NCBI GenBank assembly: GCA_024694145.1
Contig: JAILKD010000048.1
Coordinates: forward strand, 1 to 52,124
Direction: 5' to 3'
DNA: 52,124 nucleotides
Source: a bacterium
Lineage (GTDB): Bacteria > Bacillota_I > Bacilli_A > Acholeplasmatales > JAEDCM01
This document shows positions 9,417 to 19,089 of this stretch, in pieces (the first letter of the stretch is position 1; every line of letters begins with the position of its first letter). The translations under genes were made by a program, and so were the position numbers. The notes under the pieces are model-generated. The model searched no databases and was not told where the DNA came from. It worked only from the letters and a program-made list of their open reading frames with translations.

Positions 9417-9458
9417 AAAAAAGGCTAGAAAAAAGGATTTCTAGCCTTTATTTTTTTT
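9417..9458. terminator. Bidirectional intrinsic terminator
   Basis: AAAGGCTAGAAA-loop-TTTCTAGCCTTT flanked by A and T tracts. Confidence 0.8.
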
Positions 9459-9550
9459 AGGAAACCAACGTCACACCAAAAGCGAAAGGGATAAGGTTGC
9501 CGCCTTATCCCTTTCTTTTTTTGCTAATTAAACCATGCAATATTATTGCA
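9417..9550 (-). ncRNA. Putative small RNA (about 70-135 nt)
   Basis: Minus-strand TTGAAA-17-TATAAT promoter with no downstream ORF; perfect 13-bp hairpin 9484-9515; ends at the bidirectional terminator. Confidence 0.5.
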
Positions 9551-9555
9551 ATTTC

Positions 9556-9584
9556 ATTATAGTATATTTGTCTTTTGTTTTCAA
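9556..9584 (-). promoter_or_regulatory. Sigma-A promoter of the putative sRNA
   Basis: TTGAAA (9584-9579), 17 bp, TATAAT (9561-9556). Confidence 0.7.
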
Positions 9585-9604
9585 CATATAATTTGCTATG
9601 TATC

Positions 9605-9633
9605 TTGATTATAACTAAGAATCAAGTTATAAT
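9605..9633 (+). promoter_or_regulatory. Sigma-A promoter of the HD-GYP gene
   Basis: TTGATT-17bp-TATAAT. Confidence 0.65.
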
Positions 9634-9657
9634 TAATCTACAAAGAGAGGCGATATT

Positions 9658-10905
9658 ATGAAACTTGATCTTACTGATACACTTTATGCGTTATCAAATG
9701 CATTAGATACTGTACAAGAAGAAATGGGAGAGATTTCAAATCAACATGGAAAAAATGTCGCTTTTATTTCATGTATTATGGGGAAATATTTAAATTATGA
9801 TAATCATTTGCTAAATGATTTAGTTGGTTTAGCTATATTACATGACAATGCTTTTACAGAGTATGTAAGAGAAGAATATAATAATGGTAACATATTAGAT
9901 TATGATGAACTTAAAACTAAATTAGAAGAAATAGTTAAGCTTAGAGATGGATTCTTAAAAGCACCTAGACACTGTGTTGTTGGTGAAAGAAATATAAAAC
10001 TTATTCCTTTTTATAATGATGTAACAAATGTTATTTTATATCATCATGAAAATGCTGATGGAAGTGGGCCTCTTGGTATTAAAGAAAGTGATACAAATGA
10101 GCTTGCTCAAATCATTCATATAGCTGACTTAGTTGATGTATTTTTTGATTTAAAAACACTAACTGAGGCTGATTTTAAAAAAGCTATGGATAAAATAGCT
10201 AGTTATAGAGGCACATTATTTTCAGATAAAATGGTTGATACATTGTTAAATAGTTTAACATATGATCATATAAAGTACTTACAAAATCATGGAGTAATTC
10301 CGTTTTTAAGAGTAAATGTTAAAACTGAAGTAAAGAATTATTCAGATGATGAAATACAAAACATTTGTATGTTTTTCTCTAAAATAATTGACTATAAATC
10401 ATCAGTTACAAAAAGACACTCTTTAGAAGTTGCATTAAAGTGCTATGAAATGGCTACATATTACCATTTTTCTGATGAAAAACGCATTAGATTTTTCTTT
10501 GCAGGAGCAATGCATGATATAGGAAAATTAATAGTTAATAATGATATACTTGAAAAACCTGATAAGCTAACTGAAGAAGAAAGAATATTGATGATGGAAC
10601 ATGTTGTTGGAACTAAAAAGATATTATCAAATATAAAAGAAATAGATGATATCATCACATGGACAAGTAGACACCATGAGCGTTTAGATGGTTCAGGATA
10701 TCCTTTAGGATTAATTGCTAATGAATTGTCATTTGAGGATAGACTACTTGCTGTTCTTGATGTTTATCAGGCTTTGGTAGAAAAAAGAAGTTATAAAGAA
10801 GTCTTATCACATGAAGAAGCATTAAGTATTATGAATAAGATGGTTGGAAAACTTGATATGAAAATTGTTAACGATGTCGATAAATGCTTTAAAGGGGAAA
10901 ATTAG
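9658..10905 (+). CDS. Tandem HD / HD-GYP phosphohydrolase (putative cyclic-dinucleotide phosphodiesterase)
   Basis: LHDN..HHENADGSGP (degenerate N domain) and MHDIGK..HHERLDGSGYP (intact C domain). Confidence 0.88.
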   Translation: MKLDLTDTLYALSNALDTVQEEMGEISNQHGKNVAFISCIMGKYLNYDNHLLNDLVGLAILHDNAFTEYVREEYNNGNILDYDELKTKLEEIVKLRDGFLKAPRHCVVGERNIKLIPFYNDVTNVILYHHENADGSGPLGIKESDTNELAQIIHIADLVDVFFDLKTLTEADFKKAMDKIASYRGTLFSDKMVDTLLNSLTYDHIKYLQNHGVIPFLRVNVKTEVKNYSDDEIQNICMFFSKIIDYKSSVTKRHSLEVALKCYEMATYYHFSDEKRIRFFFAGAMHDIGKLIVNNDILEKPDKLTEEERILMMEHVVGTKKILSNIKEIDDIITWTSRHHERLDGSGYPLGLIANELSFEDRLLAVLDVYQALVEKRSYKEVLSHEEALSIMNKMVGKLDMKIVNDVDKCFKGEN

Positions 10906-11529
10906 ATGAACTTATCTAAGAAAGCCTTAATAGGCAATATAGTTTTATTAATAATGGAAATAATCGGCCTAATAACAATTTTAGTAGTAGAAAAAGGAAT
11001 AGATATGAAGTTTTATACTAACTGGTCTAATGTATTAGGTATTATTACTAGTATACTATTTGTAATTAATTATTGCATAAAAGAGAAAAATAAGACTTTT
11101 AATGAAGTAGTAAAATATTTTAAATTAACAACAACAGTTTGTTTAACAGTTACATTTATAATAGTTTTATTCATATTTGTACCAATGGATCATTTTAATT
11201 TTGTTAGATGGATGATAGAAAAACAATTTGTTTCATTCCACTTTTTATCACCTATAATTGCATTTGTAACATTTATATTCTTTGAAAGATATGAATATAC
11301 ATATATTAAGAGTGGCATTATAGGAATGATATTTTCAACCATCTACTCTATAGTAATATCTATACTTGTTTTATGTAAGAAAGTTCCTGCTCCATATCCA
11401 TTTTTAGATTATTATGCGCACACACCTATAGTTAATATATTAAGTGTATCAGCAGTATTTATTATAATTATTATATTTACACTTGTATTTATTTTAATAA
11501 AAAGAAAACAACAAAAAGAGAATATATAA
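10906..11529 (+). CDS. Pr6Pr/FAR-17a-like integral membrane protein
   Basis: About 6 TM helices; FYTNWSN, conserved His, PYPFLD motifs. Confidence 0.65.
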   Translation: MNLSKKALIGNIVLLIMEIIGLITILVVEKGIDMKFYTNWSNVLGIITSILFVINYCIKEKNKTFNEVVKYFKLTTTVCLTVTFIIVLFIFVPMDHFNFVRWMIEKQFVSFHFLSPIIAFVTFIFFERYEYTYIKSGIIGMIFSTIYSIVISILVLCKKVPAPYPFLDYYAHTPIVNILSVSAVFIIIIIFTLVFILIKRKQQKENI

Positions 11530-11587
11530 AATATATTCTTTTTTTTGCCTTAAAATATGATAAAATTAATATAAGGATGTGATATTC

Positions 11588-12415
11588 ATGAAAGTAGCTA
11601 TAATGTATGATTTTGATAAGACTTTATGTACTAAAGATATGCAAGAATATGGATTTATTCCAAGCGTTGGTTTGAGTCCAGCTGATTTTTGGGGCAAATG
11701 CGATAAATTAAGTAAGAAAGAACATATGGATAAAATATTATCATATTTATATTTGATGATAAAAGAATCTAATAAAAATGACATGCCTATTAAAAGAGAT
11801 ACATTTAATTCATGTGGTTCAAATATAGAATTCTATCCTGGTGTTACTACTTGGTTTAAACGTATTAATGAATACGGAAAAAGTATTGGAATTGAAGTAG
11901 AGCATTATATTATTTCATCAGGATTAAAAGAAATAATTGAAGGATCAGAAATAGCTAAAGAGTTTAAAGAAATATATGCATGTGAGTTTTTATATGATGT
12001 TAATGGAATTGCTATATGGCCTAAGTTAGTAGTAAATTATACAACTAAAACACAGTTTTTATTTAGAATAAACAAAGGTGTTTTAGATGTTAGTAATGAT
12101 AATGATTTAAATAAATCTATAGCTAATGATGATAGAAGAATTCCGTTTAGAAATATGATTTATATTGCCGATGGAATAACTGATGTTCCATGTATGAAAT
12201 TGGTTAAAACTAATGGCGGAAAGTCTATTGCAGTATATACTGAAAAAAGTGCAGATTTAGCCATTTCATTGTTAAATGAAAGAAGAGTAGATTTTATAGC
12301 TCCATCTAATTATTGTGAGAATAGTGAACTAGATTTTATAATGAAGAAAACACTAAAATCAATGAAGGCAATTGATGAGGTCGTTGATATTCATCATAAG
12401 CAACTTAACAAATAA
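11588..12415 (+). CDS. HAD-superfamily hydrolase
   Basis: YDFDKTL motif I, IISSG motif II, YIADGITD motif IV. Confidence 0.85.
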   Translation: MKVAIMYDFDKTLCTKDMQEYGFIPSVGLSPADFWGKCDKLSKKEHMDKILSYLYLMIKESNKNDMPIKRDTFNSCGSNIEFYPGVTTWFKRINEYGKSIGIEVEHYIISSGLKEIIEGSEIAKEFKEIYACEFLYDVNGIAIWPKLVVNYTTKTQFLFRINKGVLDVSNDNDLNKSIANDDRRIPFRNMIYIADGITDVPCMKLVKTNGGKSIAVYTEKSADLAISLLNERRVDFIAPSNYCENSELDFIMKKTLKSMKAIDEVVDIHHKQLNK

Positions 12416-12497
12416 TTTGAAATTGCAAATAAAAAGTTTTATAATATATTTCGTATGATAAATTAAATCAAGCAGTAAAGTGTATAGGAGGTTTAAC

Positions 12498-12749
12498 ATG
12501 ATTGAATTTAGATATGATACACAATTATTAATTGAAGGTGAAGACCTTGATGAAGATGCTATTAGAGATTATATTCTAGCTAATTTTAAGGGTGACTGTT
12601 TATTAGTTGCTGGTGATGATGAATTAATCAAACTACATTTTCATACAAATGAACCTTGGGATGTAATGAAATATTGCAGAAGCTTAGGCGAAATTTATGA
12701 TATTGTAGTAGAAGATATGGATAGACAAACTAGAGGATTAAAAGGATAG
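12498..12749 (+). CDS. Small stand-alone protein resembling the middle domain of DAK2/FakA proteins
   Basis: SD AGGAGG; GDCLLVAGDDELIKLHFHTNEP resembles the FakA GDSLVV.GD...VKVHVHT..P segment. Confidence 0.7.
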   Translation: MIEFRYDTQLLIEGEDLDEDAIRDYILANFKGDCLLVAGDDELIKLHFHTNEPWDVMKYCRSLGEIYDIVVEDMDRQTRGLKG

Positions 12750-12788
12750 GAAAACTTGATTGTTTTCCCTTTTTAATAAGGTGATAAT

Positions 12789-13358
12789 ATGGAAGAATTA
12801 AAAAAGAAAATATTAGAAGATGGATATGTAATAGGTGATGACATTTTAAAAGTTGATTCATTTATTAACCATCAAATAGATACAGCTTTACTTGATAAGC
12901 TTGGAAAATACTTTTCAACTAAATTTAGTGGTGTAACAAAAATTCTTACAATTGAAGCTAGTGGTATAGCTTTTGGTGTAGGAGTGGCTAGATATTATGA
13001 TAATATTCCTATGGTATTTGCTAAAAAAAGTAAAAGTAAAACAGTAGATATGAATAATGTTTATAAAACAGAAATAAAATCATTTACTCGTGGAGTAGAA
13101 TCAGTTGTTACTGTAAGTAAGAAGTATTTAAATAAAGGTGATAACATTTTAATTGTTGATGATTTTCTTGCAGAGGGTAATGCTTCACTTGGATTAGTTG
13201 ATTTATGTAAGCAAGCTGGAGCTAATGTTGTTGGTGTTGCTATAGTTATTGAAAAAGGATTCCAAGGTGGAAGAAAAAAACTTGAAGATTTAGGAATAAG
13301 AGTAGAAAGTGCCGCAATTATTGATCACTTTGAAGATGGAAAAGTAGTTTTTAAATAA
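12789..13358 (+). CDS. xpt: Xanthine phosphoribosyltransferase
   Basis: ILKVDSFINHQID, TIEASGIA, PRPP motif LIVDDFLAEG. Confidence 0.93.
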   Translation: MEELKKKILEDGYVIGDDILKVDSFINHQIDTALLDKLGKYFSTKFSGVTKILTIEASGIAFGVGVARYYDNIPMVFAKKSKSKTVDMNNVYKTEIKSFTRGVESVVTVSKKYLNKGDNILIVDDFLAEGNASLGLVDLCKQAGANVVGVAIVIEKGFQGGRKKLEDLGIRVESAAIIDHFEDGKVVFK

Positions 13359-13364
13359 ATATTT

Positions 13365-13408
13365 AAAGTCAAAACAATTATGTAAACGTTTTGACTTTTT
13401 TTATTTTA
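13365..13408 (+). terminator. Intrinsic terminator after xpt
   Basis: AAAGTCAAAAC...GTTTTGACTTT followed by a T tract. Confidence 0.7.
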
Positions 13409-13624
13409 TAATATTCATACTTTAATTTATAGTATTAATATGATATATTAATAATGTAAAAATTGTGTAGAGTTTCTAAATGTTTTTGTATGTACATTTA
13501 TTTATTACTCTTACTTTTCTTTAAAAAGTAAAAAAAGAAAAGGACATTAAGGAGATACTGAGTAAAAATAATAATATGAAAATAATAGATTTTCTAACAA
13601 TAGAAAAGGAAAGAGGAATATAAT

Positions 13625-14839
13625 ATGAAAAAATTATTATTAGGTGTTCTTACTTGCTGTGCTGCTTTAAGCTTAATGGCTTGTGGTAAAGGCGGTACAA
13701 AGATTGGTTTCATCTTCCTACATGATGAAAAATCAACTTATGATAAGAACTTCATTGATGCAGCTAAGGATGCATGTAAAGAACTTGGTGTAACTCCACT
13801 TCTTAAAACAAACATCGAAGAAGGTGAAGGATGTTACAATGCTGCTAAAGAATTAGTAAATAAAGGATGCAAGGGTGTATTTGCTGATTCATTCGGACAT
13901 GAAGATTTCATGATTCGTGCTGCAAAAGAATATAAGAATGTACAATTTGGTCATGCAACTGGTACAAAGGCTCATACTGAAAAGCTAGATAACTTCCACA
14001 ACGCATTCGCTTCAATCTATGAAGGTAGATATGTTGCTGGTATTGCTGCTGGTATGAAAATACAAGAAATGATCAATAACAACACTATTACAGCTGATAA
14101 AGCAATGATGGGTTATGTTGGTGCTCACCCATATGCAGAAGTTGTATCTGGTTATACTTCATTCTATCTTGGAGCTAAATCAGTATGTAAAGATGTTAAG
14201 ATGACTGTAAGATATACAAATTCATGGTATGATGAAAGTGCTGAAAAGACTACATGTGAAACTTTAATTAGTACTGATAAAGCCGTTCTAATTAGTCAAC
14301 ATGCTGACTCACAAGGTGCTCCATCAGTTTGTGAAGCAAACAAAGTTCCAAACGTATTCTACAATGGTTCAAATGATAAACTAGTAAATTCTTATTTAAC
14401 TTCATCAAGAATTAACTGGAGACCATTCTTCAAATACTTCATCAATAGTATTCTAAACAATACAAAGATGGATTATGACTGGGTTGGTACAATTGATAAT
14501 GGGGCTGTAGAAGTTTATACTGCAAACACTAAGATTGCTGCTCCTGGTACTCAAGAAGCAATGGATAAAGCAATTGCTGATATTAAAGCTGGAAAGATTC
14601 ATGTATTTGATACAAATAACTTCACTGTATCATACTTCGGTGATGGTGTAAAAGATTTCACTAACTTAAATGCTACAGTTGATGAAAACGGAAAAGTAAC
14701 AGGTTATTTAGCTGATGTTGATGATGATGGAAAATTCATTGGTGAAACTGAAGTTATCACAAATGGATATTTCAGTGAATCAACAAAGAGAAGTGCTCCA
14801 TACTTTGATATTAGAATTGATGGAATCACAGAAAAATAA
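13625..14839 (+). CDS. BMP-family (PnrA-like) nucleoside/purine ABC substrate-binding lipoprotein
   Basis: Lipobox LMAC; FADSFGHE, YEGRYVAGIAAG, SQHADS motifs; next to xpt. Confidence 0.85.
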   Translation: MKKLLLGVLTCCAALSLMACGKGGTKIGFIFLHDEKSTYDKNFIDAAKDACKELGVTPLLKTNIEEGEGCYNAAKELVNKGCKGVFADSFGHEDFMIRAAKEYKNVQFGHATGTKAHTEKLDNFHNAFASIYEGRYVAGIAAGMKIQEMINNNTITADKAMMGYVGAHPYAEVVSGYTSFYLGAKSVCKDVKMTVRYTNSWYDESAEKTTCETLISTDKAVLISQHADSQGAPSVCEANKVPNVFYNGSNDKLVNSYLTSSRINWRPFFKYFINSILNNTKMDYDWVGTIDNGAVEVYTANTKIAAPGTQEAMDKAIADIKAGKIHVFDTNNFTVSYFGDGVKDFTNLNATVDENGKVTGYLADVDDDGKFIGETEVITNGYFSESTKRSAPYFDIRIDGITEK

Positions 14840-14915
14840 TAATTAAACTAATAAAAGCTATTGGCGAAGCTTTGTGCTTCGCCTTTAACTTATTTTTAAA
14901 ATAGGAGTTGATTAT

Positions 14916-16523
14916 ATGGAAAGTTATGCAATTGAACTTAAAAACATAACTAAAACATTTGGCAAAGTTGTTGCTAATAAGAATGTAAATCTTAATGTAA
15001 AAAAAGGCGAAATACTGGCATTACTTGGTGAAAATGGTAGTGGTAAAACTACTTTGATGAATATGATTTCTGGAATATATTTCCCTGATAAAGGTAATAT
15101 TTATATTGATGGAAATGAAGTAGTTATTAAATCACCAAAGGATGCGTTTAAGTATGGTATAGGAATGATTCATCAACACTTTAAATTAGTTGATATCTTT
15201 TCTGCTGCTGAAAACATTATTCTTGGGATGAATGATAATAAAAAACTAAAAACTAGGGATGTTAATAATGAAGTTAGTGAAATAGCAAATCGTTATGGAT
15301 TTGACATTGATCCAAAGAAAAAGATATATGATATGAGTGTTAGCGAAAAGCAAACTGTTGAAATCATAAAAGTATTATATCGTGGTGCAAACATTCTAAT
15401 ATTAGATGAACCAACTGCTGTATTAACTCCACAAGAAATAGAAAAACTATTTAAAGTTTTAAGAGCAATGCGTGATGATGGTAAATCAATAATTATCATT
15501 ACTCATAAATTAAATGAAGTAATGGAAATAAGTGATAGAGTCACAATTCTTAGAAAAGGGAAATACATTGATACAGTTAATACAAAAGAAACGAATGAAA
15601 AAGAATTAACTGATATGATGGTAGGAAGAAAGATTAATTTAAAAATCAGTAGAGTTAAAACTGATTTTGATAGACCTTTACTAGAAGTAAGAAACCTATT
15701 TGTAAAAGCTGATGATGGTAGTGATGCTATTAAAAATGTTAGTTTCTACATTAGAGGCGGTGAAATGTTAGGTATTGCTGGTATTTCAGGATGTGGGCAA
15801 AAAGAATTATGTGAAGCTATTGCTGGTATTAGACCAATAGCAAGTGGACAAATAACTCATAAGGGTGAAAGTATAATTCACTTAAAGCCAAAAGAGATTA
15901 TCGAAAAGGGTATATCTATGAGTTTCATCCCTGAAGATAGACTTGGAATGGGACTTGCTCCATCATTTTCTATAACTGATAATATGATGTTAAAGAATTA
16001 TGGAGAATCTAATGGTATATTTGTTGATAGAAAAAAAGCTCGTGCTAGAGCAGAAGCTTTAATTGAAAAACTAGATATAGTAACCCCATCAACTGAAACA
16101 CCTGTTAGACGTCTATCAGGTGGTAATGTTCAAAAAGTTCTAGTAGGACGTGAAATTGAATCAGGTCCAAATGTAATAGTAACAGCTTATCCAGTTAGAG
16201 GACTTGATATCAATTCAAGTTATGTTATTTATGATATTTTAAATGAACAAAAAGCAAATGGTGTAGGTATATTGTTTGTTGGTGAAGACCTAGATGTTAT
16301 GCTTGCATTATGTGATAAGATCTTAGTTTTATGTCATGGCGAAGTAATGGGTGTCGTTCATGCTGCTAAAACTACTAAAGAAAAATTAGGATTAATGATG
16401 ACTGGTTCACTTAACTTACTTGAAGAACAAAGTGATAGAGCTTGGGGTATGGCAAAAGACTCACAACTTACAGAAGAAGAGTGGATTCAACTTGGAAAAG
16501 AAGATAGCGAGGTGAATGAATAA
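14916..16523 (+). CDS. Nucleoside/sugar (CUT2-type) ABC ATPase with two NBDs
   Basis: GENGSGKT, LILDEPT, LSGGNVQK. Confidence 0.92.
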   Translation: MESYAIELKNITKTFGKVVANKNVNLNVKKGEILALLGENGSGKTTLMNMISGIYFPDKGNIYIDGNEVVIKSPKDAFKYGIGMIHQHFKLVDIFSAAENIILGMNDNKKLKTRDVNNEVSEIANRYGFDIDPKKKIYDMSVSEKQTVEIIKVLYRGANILILDEPTAVLTPQEIEKLFKVLRAMRDDGKSIIIITHKLNEVMEISDRVTILRKGKYIDTVNTKETNEKELTDMMVGRKINLKISRVKTDFDRPLLEVRNLFVKADDGSDAIKNVSFYIRGGEMLGIAGISGCGQKELCEAIAGIRPIASGQITHKGESIIHLKPKEIIEKGISMSFIPEDRLGMGLAPSFSITDNMMLKNYGESNGIFVDRKKARARAEALIEKLDIVTPSTETPVRRLSGGNVQKVLVGREIESGPNVIVTAYPVRGLDINSSYVIYDILNEQKANGVGILFVGEDLDVMLALCDKILVLCHGEVMGVVHAAKTTKEKLGLMMTGSLNLLEEQSDRAWGMAKDSQLTEEEWIQLGKEDSEVNE

Positions 16524-17851
16524 TGGAAGATAAAACATTAAAAGTGCAAAAAGACCCATTAATTCATATCGCTAAAAGAGGAGATATAACTATTGGAAAA
16601 ACAATAGCAATTAAGGCTGTTGCTTTCTTAATGGCATTTATTATTTCTTCAATTTTACTTGCAGCGAGTGAAGGATGTAATCCATTTACATTCTTAGGTT
16701 CATTATTCTCTGGATCATTTGGTTCGGGATTAAGTATTTGGACAACTCTAAAAGACATGGCTATTTTATTAGGTTTAGGTTTAGCACTGCTTCCAGCATT
16801 TAAGATGAAATTCTGGAATATAGGAGCTGATGGACAAACTTTAATAGCAGCTTTAACATCTTATATGTGCTTATATTTCTGGCATGATAAAATGCCTGGT
16901 GCATTACTTTGTATAATTTGTTTGATTGTTGCTATAGCTAGTGGTATAGTGTGGGCTATAATACCAGCTATATTTAAAGCAAAATGGAATACTAATGAAA
17001 CATTATTTACTTTAATGATGAACTATGTAGCTATTCAATGTGTAGCAATATTCATTAATAAATTTGCTACAGGTGGATCAAATACACTTCCTGTTATTTA
17101 TGAAGGAAGCCTACCAATGATTTATGAATATTTAACTCCTATTTTATTAATAGCTATAGTTACAGTAGTAGTTGCTTTATATATTAGACATACTAAACAT
17201 GGATTTGAATTATCACTTGTTGGTGAATCAGTAAATACTGCTAAATATGTTGGTATTAATGTTAAAAAAGTCGTTATTAGAACATTAATTATATCAGGTA
17301 TTATTTGTGGTTTAATTGGCTTTATTTTAACTAATGGATTAAACCATGTTGTTAATACTAGTTCAACTGGAAATAAGGGATTTACAGCCATTATCGTTGT
17401 TTGGTTAGCTAATTTCAATCCATATTTTATGATACTAACTACATTTATGATTGTATTCTTACAAAGAGGTACTGCAGAATTACTTACAGTAACTGGTTCA
17501 ACAAATGATTCAATCACTATGATAGTTACATCAATATTCATTTTCTTTATTATTGGTTGTACATTCTTCTCTAGATATAAAGTATTATTTAGAAGAAATG
17601 AAGAAGAAAAAATTGATAATAAGTTCTTTGCATTTATGGCTATAATTTTTGGAGCAATATCAAGATTTGTTACTAAAAATTATGTTAGTGTAACTAAATT
17701 CTTTAAGAAGATATTTAAAATAAAGGAAAAAGAAGAATTAGTTCAAAATAATAGTGAAGATTTAAAAGAAGAAAAGATTGAAGAAAAAGAAGAAGATAGC
17801 GGAACTCCTATGGTTGAACAGGAAGTTCTTAATATGAAGGATGGTGAATAA
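16523..17851 (+). CDS. Nucleoside ABC permease
   Basis: FWNIGADGQ, NETLFTLMMNY; multiple TM; acidic C-terminal tail. Confidence 0.88.
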   Translation: MEDKTLKVQKDPLIHIAKRGDITIGKTIAIKAVAFLMAFIISSILLAASEGCNPFTFLGSLFSGSFGSGLSIWTTLKDMAILLGLGLALLPAFKMKFWNIGADGQTLIAALTSYMCLYFWHDKMPGALLCIICLIVAIASGIVWAIIPAIFKAKWNTNETLFTLMMNYVAIQCVAIFINKFATGGSNTLPVIYEGSLPMIYEYLTPILLIAIVTVVVALYIRHTKHGFELSLVGESVNTAKYVGINVKKVVIRTLIISGIICGLIGFILTNGLNHVVNTSSTGNKGFTAIIVVWLANFNPYFMILTTFMIVFLQRGTAELLTVTGSTNDSITMIVTSIFIFFIIGCTFFSRYKVLFRRNEEEKIDNKFFAFMAIIFGAISRFVTKNYVSVTKFFKKIFKIKEKEELVQNNSEDLKEEKIEEKEEDSGTPMVEQEVLNMKDGE

Positions 17852-17853
17852 TT

Positions 17854-18822
17854 ATGATTACATGGATTATAGGATCAATTACATTATTTGCTGTTCTTTT
17901 ATACGGAGCGCTTGGTGAAATAATCACAGAAAAATCAGGACACTTAAACCTTGGTACTCCAGGTGTTATGTGCTTTGGTGGTTTAGGTGGATGCTTAGGA
18001 ATCTATTTTATAGTTGATAAAATGGGCTATAGTAACGCTGGAGCAATCATTTTAATTATTATATTTGGAATATTGTTTACAGTAATATTCTCAGCTATAG
18101 TAGGCCTTTTATATAGTTTCTTAACAGTAACACTTAGAGCAAATCAAAATATCACAGGATTAGCTATTACAACATTTGGTGTTGCAGGAGCTAACTTTAT
18201 GGGCGGCAAAGTTGAAACTACTTATTTAATGGGTGCATCAAACAAAATATTTGGTTCTATGTTTGGAATTACTGATAAATCAAATGATTTTGTAAGATTA
18301 TTCTTTGGTCATGGTTTCTTAGTATATATTGCTTTAATTCTTGCAGTTCTTTCTTATTTTTTCTTAAAGAAAACAAAGATGGGCTTAAGACTTAGAGCAG
18401 TTGGTGAAAACCCAGCTACAGCAGATGCTGTTGGTGTTAACGTAACAAGATATAGATATATAGCTACAATTGTTGGTTCGGTTATTGCTGGATTTGGTGG
18501 CCTTACTTATGTAATGGTTCATATGCATGGTGCATTTGAACAAGCTTCATCAATCGAGTCACTTGGTTGGTTAGCTGTTGCACTTGTAATATTCTCTATT
18601 TGGAGACCTAATATTTGTATACTTGGTTCATTTATATTTGCCTTATTATATCAATTACCATATTCTGGTGTACTAAAGGTAAGTAGTGCAGGCTTTGAAG
18701 CACTTAAGGCACTACCATATGTTGTAACTATAATTGTATTAATTATTACTAGTATCTTTGGTGGAAAATCAGTTCAACCACCACAAGCTTTAGGTACAAA
18801 TTACTTTAGAGAAGATAGATAA
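17854..18822 (+). CDS. Nucleoside ABC permease
   Basis: GEIITEKSGHLNLG, GLRLRAVGENP..AD..G, PPQALG. Confidence 0.9.
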   Translation: MITWIIGSITLFAVLLYGALGEIITEKSGHLNLGTPGVMCFGGLGGCLGIYFIVDKMGYSNAGAIILIIIFGILFTVIFSAIVGLLYSFLTVTLRANQNITGLAITTFGVAGANFMGGKVETTYLMGASNKIFGSMFGITDKSNDFVRLFFGHGFLVYIALILAVLSYFFLKKTKMGLRLRAVGENPATADAVGVNVTRYRYIATIVGSVIAGFGGLTYVMVHMHGAFEQASSIESLGWLAVALVIFSIWRPNICILGSFIFALLYQLPYSGVLKVSSAGFEALKALPYVVTIIVLIITSIFGGKSVQPPQALGTNYFREDR

Positions 18823-18823
18823 A

Positions 18824-19081
18824 ATGACTTTAGAAGAAATATATGTTACTTATGAAGCACTTAAAAAAGAAGGATATTCAAAAGAAAAATTATTTTGCGC
18901 AACATGCAAAATGTTTATAAATGATCAAATGAATATGAAAGAATTAAAGGATGCTTTAAAAGTATTAGGCTATAAATTGAGTGATGAATTACTTAGTTAT
19001 GATATAGATAAACAAAAAGCATTAATAGATAATTTTATTAAAAGCTTTGCAAAAGAATATGATATAGAAGAATTTAAGTAG
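18824..19081 (+). CDS. Hypothetical protein
   Basis: 85-aa ORF tightly packed within the operon. Confidence 0.6.
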   Translation: MTLEEIYVTYEALKKEGYSKEKLFCATCKMFINDQMNMKELKDALKVLGYKLSDELLSYDIDKQKALIDNFIKSFAKEYDIEEFK

Positions 19082-19089
19082 GTGTAGTA

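Noticed and set aside
9460-9520. c-di-GMP-I riboswitch next to the HD-GYP gene
   Set aside because: Lacks the GGCAAA..GAAA..GCAAAG core and P2/P3 pairing, and lies upstream of the HD-GYP promoter
12416-12788. Guanine riboswitch before xpt
   Set aside because: No AUAUGG, GUUUCUAC or CCGUAAA motifs in either intergenic region
13380-13396. cre/LacI-like word TGTAAACGTTTT (similar words near 3092 and 24925)
   Set aside because: Imperfect, partly within a terminator, and expected by chance in AT-rich DNA
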